Shown here: positions 58,701 through 64,000 of the stretch, piece after piece
How positions within the stretch are numbered: the first letter of the stretch is position 1
Layout of the letters: each line of letters begins with the position of its first letter
Source of the DNA: an uncultured Caulobacterales bacterium
Lineage (GTDB): Bacteria > Pseudomonadota > Alphaproteobacteria > Caulobacterales > Maricaulaceae
Assembly (NCBI GenBank): GCA_937923115.1
Contig: CAKZTE010000085.1
Span: forward strand, 4,923-68,922
Length of the DNA: 64,000 nt
Direction: 5' to 3'
Notes under the pieces: generated by a model
Databases searched by the model: none
The model's input: only the letters and a program-made list of their open reading frames with translations
Told to the model about the DNA's origin: nothing
Made by a program: the position numbers and the translations under genes

Positions 58701-60308
58701 TTATCCTTTGACGGGGCCAGAGGCTCTGTTCTCAACAGGTGTATATTGAACGACTTGCGGCGCAGGCAGAATTGCCGTTTGTGTAATATCCCCGCCTCCT
58801 AGTGCCACATGAAGACGCACACGGTTTGCCAAACGTTCCTTGCGCGCGCTGATGAGCTGGCTCTCGGCATTGAGTCGGCGTGATTGACTATCAAGCAGTT
58901 GCAAAATTGTTGTCAGCCCTTCGGTATAGCGAAACTCTAGCCGCTCTTCTGCTTTCAAAGCTTCATTAAGGGACACTCGAAGCGCCGCCTCGCGTTCGGC
59001 AAGCCGCGCGTCCGCATCAAGGGCATTTTCAACTTCGAGATAAGCGCCTAAAGCTGTGCCCGCATAGCTTTCCAATTGCTGGCGCATAATAGCCTCTTGC
59101 TGAACAACATTAGCCTTAAGGCGGCCACCTTGGAAAATTGGCGCGGTCAGCCCGCCAGCGATATCAGCCACAAGGCGGTCCAAATCAAAAATATTGTTGA
59201 GCGCAGAGCCGGCAAGATTTAAACCGCCATCAAATGACAAGCTGGGCAGCAAGGCTTTGCGCGCGGCGTCCACCTGCAAGCCTGCCGCCTGCATTCGGCG
59301 TTCTGCCGCAAGAAGATCAGGACGGTGGCGCAGCACATAGGCGGGCCCGCCTGCCCCAGCCAGAGGCGCTAGGCTTGGAAGATCCACAGACGCCGTGAGC
59401 GTTTCATCAGGATATTCGCGCATTAAAACTTCAAGACTTCGCGATAAAGCAGATTGCCGCTGCTTACGGCTCGCGCGCACGGCCTCCGCATTGGCTAGCG
59501 CAGAACGCGCAAGGCGTACATCAGATGAGCCGGTCACCCCGCCTTCAAAGCGCCGCATCGTCAGGCGAAGCGCGCGCGCCTGTGTTTCGACTTCGCGCTC
59601 TGAAAGCTCCGCCAATAAGCGGGCCTCTATAAGGTCAAACCAATTTTGCGTCACCTGCGCTGCAATGGCGAGGCGCGCGCCAGCATAATCAGCTTGGCTC
59701 GCCGCCGCTTCCAATTCAGAAGACTGAACGCCGTCACGGATGCGGCCCCACAGGTCATATTCCCATGATGCGTTTACGCCAGCGCTGAGGCCCGTATTGC
59801 CTGAAGAGACGCCGCCGCCAACCCCCAATAAGGCAGGGTTAAAGTCCCCTGCCGTATCCACGGGACTGATGGCATCAGGGGGAGAGACAAGATTGCCAAT
59901 GTTTTCGCTGCGCGACGCGCGTGAACTGGCGGAAAGGCTTGGCAGCAAATTAGCCTCAGAGATATCAAGACGTGCAAGAGCTGCGCGGTATCTAAACTCT
60001 GCCGCGCGAATATCTGTATTCGCCGCGAGCGCCTTGTTCACAAGGGATGATAAGACAGGATCAGAAAATTCGGCGACCCAGTCCGTGCGCGGTAAATCAG
60101 CAGGCGCGGCTTCGGTCCAGCGGCTATTGGGGGCCTCACCAGCCGCCGTAGCCGGCGACAGAGGGACTTGCGCCGCGACAACTGCGGGCTCGGGCGTCAA
60201 TTTGGCAATTGTTGCGCAGCCAGAGAGCATGAGCGGGGACACACTCAACAAAAGAACCGCAGGTCGAAAGGTTTTGAAAAAAGACGGTGATGTAAAACTA
60301 TTTCGCAT
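58701..60308 (-). CDS. Outer-membrane efflux lipoprotein (NodT/OprM/TolC family)
   Basis: LSGC lipobox; SWEYDLWGR; RPDL.AAE; PIFQGG; ALGGG. Confidence 0.93.
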   Translation of the reverse strand: MRNSFTSPSFFKTFRPAVLLLSVSPLMLSGCATIAKLTPEPAVVAAQVPLSPATAAGEAPNSRWTEAAPADLPRTDWVAEFSDPVLSSLVNKALAANTDIRAAEFRYRAALARLDISEANLLPSLSASSRASRSENIGNLVSPPDAISPVDTAGDFNPALLGVGGGVSSGNTGLSAGVNASWEYDLWGRIRDGVQSSELEAAASQADYAGARLAIAAQVTQNWFDLIEARLLAELSEREVETQARALRLTMRRFEGGVTGSSDVRLARSALANAEAVRASRKQRQSALSRSLEVLMREYPDETLTASVDLPSLAPLAGAGGPAYVLRHRPDLLAAERRMQAAGLQVDAARKALLPSLSFDGGLNLAGSALNNIFDLDRLVADIAGGLTAPIFQGGRLKANVVQQEAIMRQQLESYAGTALGAYLEVENALDADARLAEREAALRVSLNEALKAEERLEFRYTEGLTTILQLLDSQSRRLNAESQLISARKERLANRVRLHVALGGGDITQTAILPAPQVVQYTPVENRASGPVKG

Positions 60309-60589
60309 GGCTCTTATCTCTTGATCGCTTTGGGTCGGTTCGTGCGGCAGGGCGCAGAGAAGGATTGTTTAATAGCTCCCGCCTCTCCAAGCTCCTCATA
60401 GGCGATATAATTAGTGAAAGTCAATCAATTATTATTGAAAAACAATAAGAAACTATGTTAGCCTTTACATTCTCACCTTTCTTTATCCTTCTTTTTGGCG
60501 AAGGTCATGATAAATTCTTGTCATGATTGAGAGGGTGTTTTACAGGCCATGCTATGAGCCAAGATTACAAAGCAGGCATAGGGGCGTAA

Positions 60590-62104
60590 ATGTCTGCAGA
60601 CAGTGAAAAACTGAGTAAATTATCCGGGTTTGACCGCACCGTTATCTCGATTTTGGGGCTCTTAGCTATTCTGGGACTAGGCGCGGTCTTAAATGCGCCT
60701 CTCGCCGCGAGCGCCGCCGCGGCGGCGCTTTATTATCTTAGTATACAGATTTATGGGCGCTTGCCCCGTCCGCGCGACCTGCCAGATCCGTCTTTAATTT
60801 CGGATGACACTACAGCAGGACTTTTTGATCAGCGCCTGATTGCAGATAGTTTCTCAGAAGCTGTCTGGATTATCAATTCCCGCGAGCAGATAATTTATGC
60901 CAATAAGGCCGCAGCCGCGCTGTTTGGGCCTACGCCTTTTGGTCGCCGCCTCGCAACTGTTATGCGCGATCCCGCCATCACCCAGCTTGTCAAAACTGTT
61001 CTACAAGGCAGCAGCACGGAGCCCACCGACTTTCATATGACCGGCGCGGTCGAGCGCCATTTTCGTGTCACGGGCACTGCCATTCATGTTGAGCCTAAAC
61101 CCGAGCCCGTACTCGCCGTTACAAGGGCTGCGCCCGCGCCCATTGAGGCCAAGCTTAAGCGCTTTACTATGCTGGTATTTTATGATGTCACCGATTTTGT
61201 AAAGTTTGCACGAACCCAAGGAGATTTTTTAGCCAATGCGTCCCATGAGCTTAAGACGCCTGTCGCGTCTTTACTGGGCTATATCGAAACATTGCGCGGT
61301 CATGCCAAGGATGACGCCGGCGCGCGCGAGCGGTTTTTGCTGATTATGCAAGAACAAGCCCAGCGCATGGAGCGCCTGATTAGTGATTTGCTATCACTGC
61401 GCCAGATTGAACAGAGCGAACATCTTGCACCCAGCGCCGCGGCAGACATGTGCGCCGCCGTTAACTTTGCGCTTGATACGGTCACCCCGCTGGCGCGTGC
61501 GCGCGGTGTGGCCGTAACGCTTGAAGCACCAAGCGTCGTGCAGGTGAGGGGTCATCAAGATCAGCTGGTGCAGCTATGCCTGAATGTGATTGATAATGCT
61601 GTAAAAATGAGCCCCAAAGGCGGCAAGGTCATGCTCGAGCTTAGCACAGCCGCGCAGTGGCGGGCCCAAGACATCATGGGCGCTGAAACGCCGCCCCATC
61701 AATCCAGCCGCCAGATTGTTAGCCCTGCCGCCGCCGCGCAAGGTTATGCTGTTCTAAAAATATCAGACGAAGGACCAGGCTTTGCGCCCAATCATATCCC
61801 GCGTCTTGGCGAGCGTTTTTACCGCGTCGCAGGGGACCGCAGCTCAAGGGAAAAAGGCACGGGCCTTGGCCTTGCGATTGTCAAACATTTGGTGCTTCGT
61901 CACCGCGGCGGATTAATGGTCACCAGCACTTCTGCCCCCAACTACACCTTTGGCGCGGATATCTTGGAGTCTCATGCCGCGGCGTCCAGTTCCGCTACTT
62001 TCGACTCCACAGAAAGCGAGAAGCGAGACACGCCCATACAAACGGGCACATGTTTCACAATTGTTATTCCGCTGCACCGCGAAAATGACGGTGGATTAAA
62101 TTAG
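60590..62104 (+). CDS. phoR: Phosphate regulon sensor kinase PhoR
   Basis: TM + PAS; ANASHELKTP H-box; N box; ERFYRV; GTGLGLAIVKH; next to phoU-phoB. Confidence 0.9.
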   Translation: MSADSEKLSKLSGFDRTVISILGLLAILGLGAVLNAPLAASAAAAALYYLSIQIYGRLPRPRDLPDPSLISDDTTAGLFDQRLIADSFSEAVWIINSREQIIYANKAAAALFGPTPFGRRLATVMRDPAITQLVKTVLQGSSTEPTDFHMTGAVERHFRVTGTAIHVEPKPEPVLAVTRAAPAPIEAKLKRFTMLVFYDVTDFVKFARTQGDFLANASHELKTPVASLLGYIETLRGHAKDDAGARERFLLIMQEQAQRMERLISDLLSLRQIEQSEHLAPSAAADMCAAVNFALDTVTPLARARGVAVTLEAPSVVQVRGHQDQLVQLCLNVIDNAVKMSPKGGKVMLELSTAAQWRAQDIMGAETPPHQSSRQIVSPAAAAQGYAVLKISDEGPGFAPNHIPRLGERFYRVAGDRSSREKGTGLGLAIVKHLVLRHRGGLMVTSTSAPNYTFGADILESHAAASSSATFDSTESEKRDTPIQTGTCFTIVIPLHRENDGGLN

Positions 62105-62144
62105 CTTTCGTAAAACTGTCATACTTCTGTTATATAGCCGTCAC
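62105..62144 (+). promoter_or_regulatory. Pho box array (four 11-bp units)
   Basis: CTTTCGT-AAAA-CTGTCAT-ACTT-CTGTTAT-ATAG-CCGTCAC upstream of phoU; consensus CTGTCAT-N4. Confidence 0.88.
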
Positions 62145-62176
62145 GTTCTAATTTTAGAGACGCGAGAGAGGTAACC

Positions 62177-62875
62177 ATGCAACAGCAGGCAGAGCACATT
62201 GTGCACGGATATGACGAAGATTTAAACACGCTTACAAGCGCGCTCTCTGAAATGGGTGGACAGGTCGAAAGCATGATTGACGACGCCGTGCGCGCGATTA
62301 AGAAACGCGATTCAGCGCTCGCCGAAGACGTCATTGCCCGCGACGCAATTGTGAATGAGCTCCAAGAGAAAATTGATGCTGACGCGCTGCGTATGCTCGC
62401 CCTGCGCCACCCAATGGCGGCAGATTTACGCCGCGTGATTGGCGCGATGCGCGCCGCAAATGATTTAGAACGTATCGGCGATTTGGCTGAGGGTATTGCG
62501 CGGCGCGCCATGAATATTAACAAAAGCGAAAAAGTCGAGCTCTCTCGCGGCGTTGCTCGCATGGGTAAGCTTGTCAAAGTTCAACTTAAATCTGCGCTTG
62601 ATGCGCTCTTAAATGACAATGCGGATCAGGCGGTAGATGTCTGGTTGCAAGACCAAGATGTCGACGCGCTTTACGCTTCTCTCTTTCGTGAGCTTCTGAC
62701 TTATATGATGGAAGATCACAGAAACATCCAAGCCTGCACGGGCTTATTGTTTGTGGCCAAAAACCTTGAGCGGGTTGGCGACCACGCCACGAATATTGCC
62801 GAGATTGTCTACTTCTCTGTCCATGGGCGCTCGCTTGTCACAGAAGCTTTGGCCAGAAGCGAATCCGACGGGTAA
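62177..62875 (+). CDS. phoU: Phosphate signalling protein PhoU
   Basis: PMAADLR; DLERIGD; KNLERVGDHATNIAE. Confidence 0.97.
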   Translation: MQQQAEHIVHGYDEDLNTLTSALSEMGGQVESMIDDAVRAIKKRDSALAEDVIARDAIVNELQEKIDADALRMLALRHPMAADLRRVIGAMRAANDLERIGDLAEGIARRAMNINKSEKVELSRGVARMGKLVKVQLKSALDALLNDNADQAVDVWLQDQDVDALYASLFRELLTYMMEDHRNIQACTGLLFVAKNLERVGDHATNIAEIVYFSVHGRSLVTEALARSESDG

Positions 62876-62893
62876 TCCAACTGTGAGGCGCGC

Positions 62894-63583
62894 ATGAAAC
62901 CTTATGTATTAGTCATTGAAGACGAAGACGCGATTCTCACACTTCTAGAGTATAATTTTCAAAAAGAGGGCTATGACGTTGGCCTCGCGACGGACGGCGA
63001 AATGGGGCTCATCATGGCCGCAGAGCGCACGCCTGATTTCATAATCTGCGATTGGATGATGCCAAAATTGTCCGGCGTTGAAGTTTGCCGCCGTCTGCGC
63101 CGCAAAGACGAGACGCGCGCGACGCCCATCATTATGTTGACGGCGCGCAGCGAGGAGACCGATAAAATCACGGGGCTCGATTTTGGCGCAGATGATTATA
63201 TGGTCAAGCCGTTCTCTATGCCTGAACTTTTGGCCCGTGTACGCGCGCTCCTACGGCGCGCCTCACCGACGCTGCTGGAAGACGTCATTCGCCACGGCAG
63301 CCTCGAAATTGACCTCAAATCCGTGCGGGTTAAGCGCGGCGAGAAGGAATTGCATTTGGGGCCAACAGAGTTTCGCTTGCTGGAACATTTCATGCGCTCC
63401 CCGGGCCGCGTATTTTCGCGCGAGCAATTGCTTGATACGGTTTGGGGGCGCGATATTTACGTTGAATCGCGTACTGTGGACGTCCACATCGGGCGGCTGC
63501 GCAAGGCCTTAAAAGTCAACGGCGAAGCGGACCCAATCAGAACGGTACGGTCAGCGGGCTATGCTTTTGAGCCGCCTTTATAA
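62894..63583 (+). CDS. phoB: Response regulator PhoB
   Basis: DWMMP.LSG; LGPTEFRLL; SREQLLD.VWG..IYVE.RTVDVHIGRLRK. Confidence 0.97.
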   Translation: MKPYVLVIEDEDAILTLLEYNFQKEGYDVGLATDGEMGLIMAAERTPDFIICDWMMPKLSGVEVCRRLRRKDETRATPIIMLTARSEETDKITGLDFGADDYMVKPFSMPELLARVRALLRRASPTLLEDVIRHGSLEIDLKSVRVKRGEKELHLGPTEFRLLEHFMRSPGRVFSREQLLDTVWGRDIYVESRTVDVHIGRLRKALKVNGEADPIRTVRSAGYAFEPPL

Positions 63584-63630
63584 CGGCTCAATCATAAGGT
63601 CTTAATTACGAACGAAAGAGGCAGCGCCTA

Positions 63631-64000
63631 TCAGCGCGGGGCGCGTTTGGCAAGGATACGCTGCAAAGTGCGGCGGTGCATATTAAGACGCCGCGCTGTT
63701 TCAGACACGTTTTTCCCGCAAAGCTCATAGACTCGCTGAATGTGTTCCCAACGCACGCGGTCAGCCGACATTGGGTTTTCTGGCGGCTCTGGCGCGTCCG
63801 CGCCCGAGGCAAACAGGGCCTTGCAGACATCGTCTGCATCCGCCGGCTTAGCGAGATAATCGACGGCGCCGCGTTTAATCGCAGAGACTGCCGTCGCCAG
63901 ATTGCCGTAACCCGTCAGCAGCACGACTTTACAGTCGGGACGCTTTTCGTGAATGAGGTCAACCATATCAAGGCCGTTGCCGTCCTCTAGCCGCATATCA
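63631..64000 (-). CDS. regA: RegA/ActR/PrrA response regulator (5' end outside the window)
   Basis: LTGYGNLATAV; PMSADRVRWEHIQRVYELC..NVSETARRLNMHRRTLQRIL. Confidence 0.95.
   Translation of the reverse strand, partial: DMRLEDGNGLDMVDLIHEKRPDCKVVLLTGYGNLATAVSAIKRGAVDYLAKPADADDVCKALFASGADAPEPPENPMSADRVRWEHIQRVYELCGKNVSETARRLNMHRRTLQRILAKRAPR

Overview
Chromosomal window of an alphaproteobacterium. The housekeeping genes, CtrA-type boxes and the phoR-phoU-phoB/regA context suggest a Hyphomonadales/Maricaulales-like marine lineage, but this is inference and not a database assignment. About 1.1-37.3 kb is one compact, nearly complete flagellar cluster of the Roseobacter fla1 / Rhodobacter sphaeroides fla2 style (FlaF/FlbT, DUF1217, MotE, two FliL, rod-binding-only FlgJ, one flagellin). 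It contains no chemotaxis, fliA/flgM, fliD or lytic transglycosylase genes and is preceded by a LuxR solo with a degenerate AHL pocket. Inside the cluster (21.6-23.2 kb) is a non-flagellar three-gene unit: helical hypothetical, PraR-type XRE regulator, PH-like protein. It is bracketed by a 15-bp palindrome, ACACTA-N3-TAGTGT, that also occurs twice in the fliL/fliF divergent promoter and as half-sites in most other flagellar promoters. This candidate XRE/operator flagellar control circuit is the most interesting observation. The rest (37.4-64 kb) is ordinary core or accessory content: peptidases, a symporter, an esterase, dps, a nitrilase, an orphan Tad vWA protein, ppa, rlmN, a GNAT, an RND pump, phoR-phoU-phoB without pst genes but with a clear Pho box, and a partial regA. 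No rRNA, tRNA, CRISPR array or transposase was recognised.
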